From assembly GCA_964441745.1 (NCBI GenBank), contig CAYTYR010000013.1:1-64000 (forward strand): 64,000 nt of DNA. The letters are read 5' to 3'. The notes under the pieces were generated by a model, which was not told where the DNA came from, did not search any database, and worked only from the letters and a program-made list of their open reading frames with translations. Position 1 is the stretch's first letter; each line of letters starts with the position of its first letter. A program made the translations under genes and the position numbers. The DNA comes from an uncultured Clostridia bacterium (GTDB lineage: Bacteria > CAYTYR01 > UBA6262). Of the stretch, positions 38,088-47,713 are shown one piece after another.

Positions 38088-38828
38088 TCAAGATTTGACC
38101 ATATAAATCAGAAATTCCTTATTTCCGGCTGGACCGATCAATGGCGACTCGGTCAAACCCTTTACTTCCATAGCATTGATCTGGGCAAATATCGTGATCC
38201 GATCGATGATCTTTTGGTGCATGGCTGGATCCCGTACTACCCCGCCTTTGCCTACATTTTTTGGACCAGCTTCAAACTGCGGTTTGATCAAAGCGATGAT
38301 CTCACCTTCCTGCTTGATCAACCTATATACCGTAGGCAGGACCCTTTCCAGAGAGATGAAACTTACATCAATGGTCGCCAGGTCCGGAACCTCCGGTATT
38401 ATATTTTTCTCGCAATACCGGATATTAGTCTCTTCAATATTAATTACCCGCGGATCAAAACGTAATTTTACATCCAGTTGGCCGTGTCCGACATCGATGC
38501 AATATACTTTTTTGGCCCCGTGCTTTAGCAGGCAGTCAGTAAATCCGCCGGTAGATGCCCCGACATCCAGGCAGGTTTTGTCTCTTAATTTAATATTAAA
38601 AGCTTTAAGCGCTTTTTCCAGTTTATGTCCGCCACGGGAAACATACATGAGCGGATGCTTGATATCTATTTCTGATTCAACTGAAAACATGGTGGATGCT
38701 TTAATACAAGTGTTACCGTTTACTAAAACCTCGCCAGCCATGATCAAAGCTTGTGCCTTTTCACGGCTTTCAGTCACTTCCCTGGTCACCATCAGTTGAT
38801 CCAACCTCATCTTACCAGCATGTGCCAT
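38088..38828 (-). CDS. tlyA: TlyA family rRNA methyltransferase
   Basis: S4 domain; YVSRGGHKL, DVGASTGGFTD and LIKPQFE motifs. Confidence 0.96.
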   Translation of the reverse strand: MAHAGKMRLDQLMVTREVTESREKAQALIMAGEVLVNGNTCIKASTMFSVESEIDIKHPLMYVSRGGHKLEKALKAFNIKLRDKTCLDVGASTGGFTDCLLKHGAKKVYCIDVGHGQLDVKLRFDPRVINIEETNIRYCEKNIIPEVPDLATIDVSFISLERVLPTVYRLIKQEGEIIALIKPQFEAGPKNVGKGGVVRDPAMHQKIIDRITIFAQINAMEVKGLTESPLIGPAGNKEFLIYMVKS

Positions 38829-38857
38829 TGATCGATCCTTAATATAGTTAATGGGTA

Positions 38858-38958
38858 TAGGTTTTGGAAGTAAGTTTGGTCTAAAGTCTATGGGTGTTGG
38901 GCTCTAAACCACAAACTTTAGACCTACTTCCATACCTACTTCTAAAACCAACAACTTA
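38858..38958. repeat. Family D 101-bp palindromic repeat
   Basis: 7 mismatches in 101 nt against 40839-40939 (manual alignment). Confidence 0.9.
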
Positions 38959-40809
38959 TTTCTTATCCAGGAACTCTTTCGTTGTCTGATAGATGCCTTT
39001 GCCGGTTAACCCGTACTTATCACGGAGTATTTGCATACTGCCGTGCTCGATGAATTGGTCAGGGAATCCGATATTCTTCACTCTCACCCCGTTTTCACTT
39101 AATAGCTCGGTCACGGCGCTGCCAAATCCGCCAGCTACTACATTTTCTTCAACCGTTACCAGACATTTTACCTTCTTAGCCAAAGAAACGATCAATTTTT
39201 CATCCAGAGGATTGGCAAAACGGGCATTCACTACGGTTGCGGCGAGCTTATCTTTCAATAACAACTCTGCAGCTTCCAATGCCGGTTGGACCATGGTCCC
39301 GATCGCGATGATCGCTACATCCTCACCCTCTTGTAATATTTCAGCTTTGCCGATCTCCAGCTTTTTAAATTCTTTATCCAGCTTGGTCCCCACTCCCTGG
39401 CCCCGTGGATAGCGAATAGCCACAGGCCCTTTATAAGCGAGAGCCGTATTGATCATGTGCTGTAATTCATTTTCATCTTTTGGCGACATGACTACAAGAT
39501 TTGGCACAATGCGCAAAAAAGAAAGATCAAACAAACCGTGATGAGTTGGGCCATCTTCCCCGACCACTCCGGCCCGGTCCAGGATAAACACTACCGGTAA
39601 ATTCTGTAGGGCAATATCATGGATCACCTGGTCATAAGCCCGCTGCATAAAAGTTGAATAAATAGAGACGACGGGCCTAAAACCGCTGGCCGCCAATCCG
39701 CCGGCGAATACCACAGCGTGCCCCTCAGCGATCCCGACATCAAAAAAACGGGTAGGGAACTCGGCCGCAAAATAGTTTAATCCTGTGCCATCGCTCATCG
39801 CCGCGGTGATACCGATGATCTTGTCATTTTCCCGGGCCAGCCGCACGATCGTCTTGCCAAAGACTTCGGTATAAGAGGTCCCTTTGCTCTTTCCTTCTGA
39901 ATCACCGGTAATGATATTAAACGCACCGATACCATGGAATTTCGTCGGTTCTTTTTCTGCCGGCTTATAGCCTTTGCCCTTTTTGGTCACTACATGAATG
40001 CAGACTGGTCCGGTCATACCCTTGACTGTTTTAAAAACTTCATTTAAGTGCTCAAGATCATGTCCTTCAAAAGGCCCGAGATAGGCAAAACCCATTTCTT
40101 CAAATAACATACCCGGGAAAAGCAAGACTCTAACTCTCTTGGCAATAGTCGTCATGCGCACACCCATGACCGATATCCTGGTCAGGAAACGCTCCGCTTT
40201 CTTAGTCAGTTTTTTATAGAGCCCGCCAGTAATGATCTTGGTCAAATATCCGGCAAAAGCGCCAATTTTACGCGAAATGAACATTTCATTATCATTCAGG
40301 ACAACGATCATGTCCTTATTTATGTGACCGGCATTGTTCATTCCTTCAAAAGACAATCCCCCGGTCATAGAGCCATCGCCAACCACAGCGATCACTTTGT
40401 AATTGTCTTTACGCAGGTCCCTGGCTACAGCCATACCCAAAGCCGCGCTGATGGCCGTAGAGGCGTGACCGACGACAAAAGTATCATATTCGCTTTCTTC
40501 CGGTTTAGGAAAACCACTGATACCGCCATACTGCCGTAAGGTATGAAACTTGTCACGCCGGCCAGTCAATAGTTTATGGGCATAGGCCTGATGGCCCACA
40601 TCCCAGACTATTTTATCCTGCGGCGTATTAAAAGTATAATGCAAAGCAATAGTCAACTCTACTGCCCCCAGGCTGGAAGCTAAATGCCCGCCCGTCTGAG
40701 AAACAGTCTCAATGATCTTGGTCCTGATCTCCTCGGCTAATTGCGGCAGTAATTCTTTCTTGATCATTTTTAGATCTGCCGGTTTATCGATCTTATCCAG
40801 AATACTCAT
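38956..40809 (-). CDS. dxs: 1-deoxy-D-xylulose-5-phosphate synthase
   Basis: GGHLASSLG, DVGHQAY, GDGS..G..NDN and YSTFMQRAYDQ motifs. Confidence 0.98.
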   Translation of the reverse strand: MSILDKIDKPADLKMIKKELLPQLAEEIRTKIIETVSQTGGHLASSLGAVELTIALHYTFNTPQDKIVWDVGHQAYAHKLLTGRRDKFHTLRQYGGISGFPKPEESEYDTFVVGHASTAISAALGMAVARDLRKDNYKVIAVVGDGSMTGGLSFEGMNNAGHINKDMIVVLNDNEMFISRKIGAFAGYLTKIITGGLYKKLTKKAERFLTRISVMGVRMTTIAKRVRVLLFPGMLFEEMGFAYLGPFEGHDLEHLNEVFKTVKGMTGPVCIHVVTKKGKGYKPAEKEPTKFHGIGAFNIITGDSEGKSKGTSYTEVFGKTIVRLARENDKIIGITAAMSDGTGLNYFAAEFPTRFFDVGIAEGHAVVFAGGLAASGFRPVVSIYSTFMQRAYDQVIHDIALQNLPVVFILDRAGVVGEDGPTHHGLFDLSFLRIVPNLVVMSPKDENELQHMINTALAYKGPVAIRYPRGQGVGTKLDKEFKKLEIGKAEILQEGEDVAIIAIGTMVQPALEAAELLLKDKLAATVVNARFANPLDEKLIVSLAKKVKCLVTVEENVVAGGFGSAVTELLSENGVRVKNIGFPDQFIEHGSMQILRDKYGLTGKGIYQTTKEFLDKK

Positions 40810-40838
40810 TTTTATCCTCAGTTATTAGGAACTAGGTG

Positions 40839-40939
40839 TAGGTTTTGGAAGTAAGTTTGGTCTGAGGTCTATAGATGTTAGGCTCTAAACCATAAACCTT
40901 AGACCTACTTCCATACCTACTTCTAAAACCAACAACTTA
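40839..40939. repeat. Family D 101-bp palindromic repeat
   Basis: Direct copy of 38858-38958. Confidence 0.9.
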
Positions 40940-40946
40940 CTGCTTT

Positions 40947-41897
40947 TTAGTACTCTCTTTCCACGATATAATCAGCCAGCGCTTCCAGTATATATTTTTT
41001 TCGGCCAAAAGAAGCTAACGCTTTCTTTGCTTCAGTGACCAATCTGGCTGCTTCTTTTTGCGACCATTCCAAGCCATATAACGAGACATAGGTTAGCTTC
41101 TTGTTCTGCAGGTCACTGCCTTTTTTCCCTAATTTTTTCTTATCCCCAATGACATCCAGGACATCATCCATGATCTGGAAAGCTAAACCGATCTTTTCGG
41201 CATATAGGGACAAGGCTTTAAGCTGCCACTGGGAAACCCCGGCTAAGATCGCGCCGGCTAAGAGGCTGGCTTTGATCAGGGCTACGGTTTTATGGTCATG
41301 GATATAGAGCAAGGCTCGTTTTTTATCTTCTATTTTTTCCTTGATGCGCTCAGAGCTTTGATGGGTATCTACTAATTGCCCGCCGATCATTCCTTGGATC
41401 CCGGCTTCAGCCGAGACCAGAGCTATTACTTTTAGAACCTTCTCCTTACTAACACCCTTGACCGCGGCATTTACCGCTAATAAACCAAACGCTTCGGTTA
41501 ACAGCGCGTCACCAGCCAGGATGGCTACATCCTCGCCGAATTTTTTATGGCTGGTCAGCATTCCCCGGCGATAATCGTCATTATCCATCGCCGGCAGGTC
41601 ATCATGGATCAGCGAATAAGTATGAATATATTCCAAGGCGCAGGCAGTAGGCATTACCTTCTTTTCCGCCCCGCCGCAAATCCTGGCGCCCTCCAGCGCC
41701 AGGAAAGGCCGCAGGCGTTTGCCGCCGGCAAAAATACTGTAGCGCATGGCCTGATATATTAAAGGCGGGTATTGTTCTGTTAAATATTTATTAAGAGCCT
41801 CATTAATAATCAAAGCTTTTTCATGCAGGTATTTTTTTAAGTTGATCCTTCGACTCAGCTCAGGGCTAGAATTAGAACAACTCGGTCCCATCTTCAT
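40947..41897 (-). CDS. ispA: Polyprenyl (farnesyl) diphosphate synthase; start codon uncertain
   Basis: [20 protein letters not shown] and FQIMDDVLD motifs. Confidence 0.93.
   Translation of the reverse strand: MKMGPSCSNSSPELSRRINLKKYLHEKALIINEALNKYLTEQYPPLIYQAMRYSIFAGGKRLRPFLALEGARICGGAEKKVMPTACALEYIHTYSLIHDDLPAMDNDDYRRGMLTSHKKFGEDVAILAGDALLTEAFGLLAVNAAVKGVSKEKVLKVIALVSAEAGIQGMIGGQLVDTHQSSERIKEKIEDKKRALLYIHDHKTVALIKASLLAGAILAGVSQWQLKALSLYAEKIGLAFQIMDDVLDVIGDKKKLGKKGSDLQNKKLTYVSLYGLEWSQKEAARLVTEAKKALASFGRKKYILEALADYIVEREY
41847..41868. repeat. REP-like element (TTCGAC...GCTCA family)
   Basis: CCTTCGACTCAGCTCAGGGCTA; related copies at 28246-28265 and 50008-50064. Confidence 0.6.
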
Positions 41898-42150
41898 CTT
41901 CTTCTTTCTTCTTGAAGGGTTTCTTTTCCAACTGCCCTTCCTTATTCTTCATTAACACTTCAATTTTCTGTTCTGCCTCTTCCAGCTTGCCGGAGCACAG
42001 CCGGGACAACTTGATCCCCTCTTCAAATATCTTCAGGCTCTCATCCAAGGCCAGCTCTCCCTCTTCCAGCTGGGAAACGATCTTCTCCAGCCGCTCCAGT
42101 GCGTCTTCAAACTTTATTTTCTCATTTCCTTCTTCTTTCACTTTAACCAT
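41872..42150 (-). CDS. xseB: Exodeoxyribonuclease VII small subunit
   Basis: [15 protein letters not shown]...LDESL..FEEG; GGAGG before the ATG at 42150. Confidence 0.95.
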   Translation of the reverse strand: MVKVKEEGNEKIKFEDALERLEKIVSQLEEGELALDESLKIFEEGIKLSRLCSGKLEEAEQKIEVLMKNKEGQLEKKPFKKKEEDEDGTELF

Positions 42151-42243
42151 AAATCCTCCAGAAGTAGTGTGCCAGTCAGTACGAGAAACAGTTGCCTGTA
42201 AGAACAAAAAGCAGTAAGAGCGCTATGTTGAAAAACAAGAATA

Positions 42244-42585
42244 TTAATCCATCTCTTCTAATATTTTTTTAATATCTATCTTCAAAACAGGCAAACGTTC
42301 TTTTACCACCTTCCAAACTATTTCATAATCCACTCCAAAATAAAAGTGGATAATTTTGTCACGCATCTTTGCCAAATCGCTCCAAGGAATCTCTTTATGT
42401 TTTGCCCTTATTTCTCTTGGAATATTCTTGGCCGCTTCACCAATAATTTCAAGTTGCCTTACCACTGCGCTTGAAGTTTTGTCATCGGCTACAAAATCTT
42501 TATAACCCATCTTGCCCACAAATCTTTCAATTTTCAGAATGCCAGCCAATATATCTTCAATGAACAACTTATAATCTCTCTTCAT
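42244..42585 (-). CDS. HEPN (DUF86/HepT-like) toxin
   Basis: LEIIGEA; RX4HXY motif RDKIIHFY. Confidence 0.9.
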   Translation of the reverse strand: MKRDYKLFIEDILAGILKIERFVGKMGYKDFVADDKTSSAVVRQLEIIGEAAKNIPREIRAKHKEIPWSDLAKMRDKIIHFYFGVDYEIVWKVVKERLPVLKIDIKKILEEMD

Positions 42586-42878
42586 AGATAAACCACCTCG
42601 TGAAAAATTCTTCGCCTAAGCTCCGGCCGCACCACTTGCTTTCTTACCAAATCCACTTTTCGCTTAAGGATTTTCTCTAAATACCGTTCCAGATTCACGA
42701 ACTCCAAAAGGTCAGGCAATACATAAAAATCAACAAGAATATCCACATCGCTCCCTTTTGCCTGCTCTCCTCTCGCAAAAGAGCCAAATACTCCTATAGT
42801 TTTTACATTATATTGTTCTTTCAAAAGTTTTTTATTTTTCCGAATGATCCGTTCGACATCTTCCCTTGCCTTCGCCAT
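42582..42878 (-). CDS. Minimal nucleotidyltransferase (MntA-like) antitoxin
   Basis: GVFGSFARG...SDVDILVD and RKVDLV motifs; 4-nt overlap with the HEPN gene. Confidence 0.9.
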   Translation of the reverse strand: MAKAREDVERIIRKNKKLLKEQYNVKTIGVFGSFARGEQAKGSDVDILVDFYVLPDLLEFVNLERYLEKILKRKVDLVRKQVVRPELRRRIFHEVVYL

Positions 42879-42896
42879 CTCTTACCTCCAAGCATT

Positions 42897-43624
42897 TTAT
42901 TCCTCAATAAAATAATCAGAATCTATTCTTTTAATATCGTATGATACAATTTTCGTCACTCCAATATCATAATCAATCATTAACTGTGTCAACTGTTCGC
43001 CGTCAATTAAAATTATTTTTTTATCTATCCCTTTTACATATTCTACAGCATCTTTTGAAAAATCAGCAGTTGTAATAAACACTCCCTTTCTTGCTCTTTG
43101 TCCTTCCAATGCTCCAGCGAACTTCATAATTTCTGGTCGTCCAATGGTATTGTCCCATCTTTTAGCCTGAATATAGATCATATCCAGTCCAAGTTTATCT
43201 TCTTTGATAATACCGTCTATACCTCCCTCTCCCATAGCTGCTAATAATTCTACTAGTCGTTCAAAAAAAAGGGGGAGAACAATCTTTCACCTGTTTTAAC
43301 AGTTCTACTGCAATCTCATCTCGTATTTTTTGCTAACCGTATTGCAAAGTTTCTTCTGGCGTCTTATCACTAATATCTTCACTATTATTTTCGCTTCGGC
43401 CGATAGTCTAAAACAGCAGCTTTTTTAAGATAAAATATTGCCCGCCCCACTCTATTTTCAATTATTGTCTGCTGCCCGCTTGGAAGCAATTTTCTTTGCT
43501 CTTTTTCTGTTAACTCAAATTGATCTGCCAATTTTCCAATAATTTCTTGTCTGTGATATTCCCTCTGATCAGCTACCTGTTTAAGCAAAGGCAGCCTAAT
43601 ACTTTGATAATCTGGAATAGTCAT
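42897..43624 (-). pseudogene. mrr: Degraded Mrr type IV restriction endonuclease
   Basis: Mrr N-terminal MTIPDYQ..LPLL and catalytic GGIDGIIKEDKLGLD.IYIQAKRW; in-frame TAG at 43333-43335; frameshift at the A8 run 43263-43270; apparent internal deletions. Confidence 0.85.
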
Positions 43625-43678
43625 ATATTCCTCCAAATTTTTTACACGCGAGACTAAATTGTAACTGTTCTCAAAAAA

Positions 43679-44956
43679 TTAGTTATCAATCTTTACTTCT
43701 TTTACCGTACTAAATATCTCACCCTGGAAAAGCTTGATCTTGATATCGTCTTTAACCTTAATTTCCTTAGTTGAATTAATGATTTTGCCCGACAGCGCGT
43801 ACACGATCGAATACCCGCGCTCCAACACTCCCAGCGGGCTAAACGCATTCAGTTGTCCCGCTAAATACGACATTTTCTCTTTTTTCCGGTCAAAATAATG
43901 CTCAAAACGCACCAACAGCATATTTTCCATCTCTTTGAATTTATTACGATATACTTCAAACAGATGACTGGATTTCTGGGCAATTCTTTCCAGCAATTCA
44001 TCCACATGCTGCTGCATTTCTTCCAGCCGTTCCAGCGGCCGGGTCAATACCGGCGAGGTAATAGCATGCTCTACCCGGAGTTTATAATTATCCACGACAT
44101 GCGTAAAATAACTTACCAGCCGATCTTGGGCATTTTGTACCCGGTCGATCAGGATTTTCTTTTCTTTCACTACCAGTTCCGCGGCATTACTTGGTGTCGC
44201 TGCCCGCAGATCAGCCACAAAATCAGCGATAGTCACATCATACTCATGTCCCACCGCGCTAATGACCGGAATATGTGAGGCATAGATAGCCCGAGCCACG
44301 ATCTCTTCATTAAACGCCCACAGGTCTTCAATACTACCGCCACCCCGGCCTACGATCATGGCATCCAAATCAGGATAAAATTGATTTAGATCATTAATTG
44401 CCTGGGCGATCTGGTTTTTGGCATCATCTCCCTGGACCTGCGCTGGATAGATCAGTATTTCCAGATTGCTATAGCGGTCAGTTAATATCTTTAACATATC
44501 GCGGATAGCCGCACCGGTAAGAGAAGTGACAATTCCTATCTTTTGCGGCAGGACCGGGATCGGTTTCTTATGCGCTTGATCAAAAAATCCTTCTTGTTTC
44601 AATTTTGCTTTTAACTGTTCAAAAGCCAGGGCCAAAGCGCCCAGTCCGGCTGGTTCCATCTGGGAAATAACGATCTGGTATTTCCCGCCCTGGACATAAA
44701 TACTGACCTTGCCGCGGACGATTACCTTAAGGCCGTCTTCAACCTTGAATTTCAAGTTCACCGCGGCAAAGCGGAACATCACTGCGCCGATCTGCCCGCT
44801 TTCATCTTTTAAGACAAAATAAAGATGCCCGCTGGCATTCGGCCGGTAATTGGAGATCTCCCCTTCCAGCCAAATATCGGGAAACTCTGCCTCCAGCCGT
44901 TCTTTCAGCAGATTATTCAACTCGCTTACTTTAAAAACATATCTTTCCTGCCGCAT
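43679..44956 (-). CDS. xseA: Exodeoxyribonuclease VII large subunit
   Basis: GEISNY..SGHLYF.LKD, RGGGSIEDLWAFNEE and SAVGHE motifs. Confidence 0.97.
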   Translation of the reverse strand: MRQERYVFKVSELNNLLKERLEAEFPDIWLEGEISNYRPNASGHLYFVLKDESGQIGAVMFRFAAVNLKFKVEDGLKVIVRGKVSIYVQGGKYQIVISQMEPAGLGALALAFEQLKAKLKQEGFFDQAHKKPIPVLPQKIGIVTSLTGAAIRDMLKILTDRYSNLEILIYPAQVQGDDAKNQIAQAINDLNQFYPDLDAMIVGRGGGSIEDLWAFNEEIVARAIYASHIPVISAVGHEYDVTIADFVADLRAATPSNAAELVVKEKKILIDRVQNAQDRLVSYFTHVVDNYKLRVEHAITSPVLTRPLERLEEMQQHVDELLERIAQKSSHLFEVYRNKFKEMENMLLVRFEHYFDRKKEKMSYLAGQLNAFSPLGVLERGYSIVYALSGKIINSTKEIKVKDDIKIKLFQGEIFSTVKEVKIDN

Positions 44957-44959
44957 AAT

Positions 44960-45529
44960 TTATTCGCCTGTAATCTTATTAAGTTTCTCTTCAACATGCA
45001 TTTTTTTGCTTTTTTGCCTTAATTCTTTCTCCTTAAAATTCTTTTTATTTTTATTTATCTTCAGTAATTGCTGCACATCATAAATATCCAAAGGCCCGCC
45101 GGCTCTTAATTTCATAACTATTAACTCTTCCGCTTTAATGACCGGGATACTTGTCTTACCCATTTTTACTTCGATTGTGGCTCGGGCAAATTCTTCTTCC
45201 CATGTTTTTGTGGCAATGATCAACTGGGCTGAAACTTTTTCCAAACGAACCGGAATCTGTAAATCCAATAACAAACCTATAGGGTCGGCATAATCACCTT
45301 TATGAACAGTAAACTTAATTTTATGCTTTTTTAAAATATTTTCAAATTCCAATAAAGCAGACTCTCGTTTCACTAAACTTACTAAAAAATCAATATCCTT
45401 CGTAGCCCTTACTATACCCCAGGCAGATACCGCCAGGCCGCCAATAAGCGCATAGGAAGTTACAATATTTTTTCCCTCTGCCTCTTTCATTATAGAGTTT
45501 ATTTTATCAAACGCTTTATCAAACATCAC
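44960..45529 (-). CDS. Nucleotidyltransferase-fold protein (MenT1/DUF6036-like putative toxin)
   Basis: YALIGGLAV...RATKDIDFLV and EELIVMKL..G.PLD motifs. Confidence 0.75.
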   Translation of the reverse strand: MMFDKAFDKINSIMKEAEGKNIVTSYALIGGLAVSAWGIVRATKDIDFLVSLVKRESALLEFENILKKHKIKFTVHKGDYADPIGLLLDLQIPVRLEKVSAQLIIATKTWEEEFARATIEVKMGKTSIPVIKAEELIVMKLRAGGPLDIYDVQQLLKINKNKKNFKEKELRQKSKKMHVEEKLNKITGE

Positions 45530-45684
45530 TAAATCCTTTTTTTGGCCAGGTTTTCACGCAAAGCCAGGCAGATATCCGACAACTCCATCGCTAAATAAAG
45601 CCTCTCTTTAAGACTCAACTTAGCCGTTTCGTCCATTTCTTTCTGCCGCAATTCTTCTCTCACATTACCCTTTTTTTGTTTCAT
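45529..45684 (-). CDS. Small helical protein (51 aa), putative antitoxin; absent from the ORF track
   Basis: MKQKKGNVREELRQKEMDETAKLSLKERLYLAMELSDICLALRENLAKKRI*; its stop overlaps the downstream start (TAGTG). Confidence 0.7.
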   Translation of the reverse strand: MKQKKGNVREELRQKEMDETAKLSLKERLYLAMELSDICLALRENLAKKRI

Positions 45685-45686
45685 TG

Positions 45687-45944
45687 TTAAATTGAATAAC
45701 TCTCCTTTAAAAAGTCAAAATAAGCTTTCTCCTTGGAATTCTCCCAAGCATAACAAGTTTGTCTTTTTGCAATAGGCATAGTTTTAAATTCTTCGTCTCT
45801 TTTAGCAACATCCATTGCTATCCAATTTGCCAATTCATTAACAATTCTAGCATTCATTATATAAACAACTCCATATTTCTTGCCAAGAGATAGATAATAC
45901 CCAAACCAATATAAATCATTAAAAATAGAAGCGTCAAGAAACAT
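45687..45944 (-). CDS. Hypothetical protein, AT-rich
   Basis: Fills the gap in the operon direction; AAGG before the ATG; no motif recognised. Confidence 0.45.
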   Translation of the reverse strand: MFLDASIFNDLYWFGYYLSLGKKYGVVYIMNARIVNELANWIAMDVAKRDEEFKTMPIAKRQTCYAWENSKEKAYFDFLKESYSI

Positions 45945-45968
45945 ACCTTTTTCCTAATTACCATAGAA

Positions 45969-46832
45969 TTATTTGGCTCCTTTTTGCCTGGCTAATTTTT
46001 CCGCCAGCAGGGTATTTCTCAGCAGCATCGCCCTGGTCATCGGCCCAACTCCGCCTGGCACAGGCGTGATCGCCGCCACTTTCTGCGCTACAGTGTCAAA
46101 ATCAACATCTCCGACCAGTTTTTCACCCTCTCTGTTCTGGCCGACATCAATGATGATCTGCCCCTTGGAAACCATATCCCCAGTCAAAAATTTAGCCTTG
46201 CCGATAGCTACCACAATGATATCCGCGTCACGGGTGATCTTTGGCAGGTTCAATGTCCGGGAATGGCAAATCGTCACTGTAGCGTGTTCACTGAGCAACA
46301 ACATAGCCAGCGGCTTGCCAACAATATTGGAACGGCCGATCACGACTGCTTTTTTCCCCTTCAGTTCAACTTTTTCATTTTTCAGCATTTCCATTATACC
46401 CGCCGGCGTACAGGGCAGAAAACGGGGAATACCCAGGAACATGTTGCCGACATTTATTGGATGGAAGCAATCCACATCCTTTTCCGGCGAGATCAGTTCC
46501 AGCATGGCCTTTTCGTTCATTCCTGACGGTAAAGGCAATTGCAGCAAGATGCCATGGATCCTTGGATCTTGATTTAAGCGGATAATAAGTTTTTTAAGGT
46601 CCTCTTCAGTAGTCACAGACGGCAATAAATGTTCTTCCGTGTAAAAACCTACTTTAATGCAGTCATTCTTTTTATTGCGGACATAGATTTGGCTGGCCGG
46701 ATCATCCCCTACCAGAATAACTGCCAGGCCTGGAGGCGAGATACCTTTTTCTACCATGTTTTTGACATTCTGCGCTATTTCGGCCCGGATGGCGCCGGCT
46801 ATGGCTTTGCCGTCAATGATATTTGCCGTCAT
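45969..46832 (-). CDS. folD: Methylenetetrahydrofolate dehydrogenase/cyclohydrolase
   Basis: HGILLQLPLP, KDVD, PCTP, GRSNIVGKP and TPVPGGVGPMT motifs. Confidence 0.97.
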   Translation of the reverse strand: MTANIIDGKAIAGAIRAEIAQNVKNMVEKGISPPGLAVILVGDDPASQIYVRNKKNDCIKVGFYTEEHLLPSVTTEEDLKKLIIRLNQDPRIHGILLQLPLPSGMNEKAMLELISPEKDVDCFHPINVGNMFLGIPRFLPCTPAGIMEMLKNEKVELKGKKAVVIGRSNIVGKPLAMLLLSEHATVTICHSRTLNLPKITRDADIIVVAIGKAKFLTGDMVSKGQIIIDVGQNREGEKLVGDVDFDTVAQKVAAITPVPGGVGPMTRAMLLRNTLLAEKLARQKGAK

Positions 46833-46852
46833 TTTACACCTCGCTCTTACTG

Positions 46853-47629
46853 TTACATCTTTATTTGCAGTCTTTGTATGGACAAGGCTTTGCCTGATTT
46901 TTCGTCAATTTCGATCAGTACCCCATTGAACCAGATATCCTTGTCGCTGACTTCAAAACGGATCGGCATCTGCATTAAGAACCGCTGGAGAATGATCTCC
47001 TTCTTAATACCGATCACTGAATCAAATGGCCCGGTCATACCCACATCCGTAAGGTAGGCGGTCCCTTCAGGAAGGATCTTCTCATCAGCAGTCTGAATGT
47101 GCGTATGGGTGCCAATGACCGCGCTCACTTTACCGTCCAGGTACCAGCCCATGGCCACTTTTTCACTGGTTGCTTCAGCATGAATATCCACGATAATCAC
47201 CGGTGTTTCCTTTTTCAACTCTGTAATCACTTTATCAGCTGAACGGAACGGGCAATCATTGGGCGGCATAAAAATCCGGCCAATTAAATTAAGGACTCCA
47301 ACTTTAAAACCTGTGGCCGTAGTGACCAGCATCGCTCCCCGGCCAGGCACTCCGGGAGCATAATTCGCCGGGCGGACAATGGCCTCGTCATCAATTACAT
47401 CCAGTATTTCCTTTTTATCCCAGGTATGATTCCCCATGGTGATGACATCAACACCGAGGTGAAAAAGATCCCGGGCAATACTCGGCGTCAGGCCCATGCC
47501 ATGAGCGGCATTTTCCCCATTGGCTATGACCAGATCAACCTGCTCCTTTGTTTTTAGCGCAGGTAATATCCGAGCCACGGCCTCGCGGCCACCCTGCCCC
47601 ATGATATCGGCGATGAATAGTACTTTCAT
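46853..47629 (-). CDS. ymdB: YmdB-family metallophosphoesterase
   Basis: NGENAAHG, MGNHTWD, DIHAEATSEK and GTHTH motifs; follows rny. Confidence 0.95.
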   Translation of the reverse strand: MKVLFIADIMGQGGREAVARILPALKTKEQVDLVIANGENAAHGMGLTPSIARDLFHLGVDVITMGNHTWDKKEILDVIDDEAIVRPANYAPGVPGRGAMLVTTATGFKVGVLNLIGRIFMPPNDCPFRSADKVITELKKETPVIIVDIHAEATSEKVAMGWYLDGKVSAVIGTHTHIQTADEKILPEGTAYLTDVGMTGPFDSVIGIKKEIILQRFLMQMPIRFEVSDKDIWFNGVLIEIDEKSGKALSIQRLQIKM

Positions 47630-47638
47630 AAAAACTCC

Positions 47639-47708
47639 GCTTATGGCTTATAGCAAAAGCATTTTCGGTTTAGTCTTTACCATAGGCTATATGCCATTAG
47701 CCATTTGC
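47639..47708. repeat. Heptamer palindrome, family E
   Basis: GCTTATG GCTTATA GC...CCATAGG CTATATG CCATTAG CCATTTG C. Confidence 0.6.
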
Positions 47709-47713
47709 GCTTT

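Noticed and set aside
38858-40939. CRISPR array, or composite transposon around dxs
   Set aside because: Only two ~100-bp copies 2 kb apart; no spacers, cas genes, transposase or target duplication seen.
43333-43335. Amber read-through or alternative genetic code in mrr
   Set aside because: The gene also has a frameshift and deletions, and TAG and TGA end many intact genes in this window.
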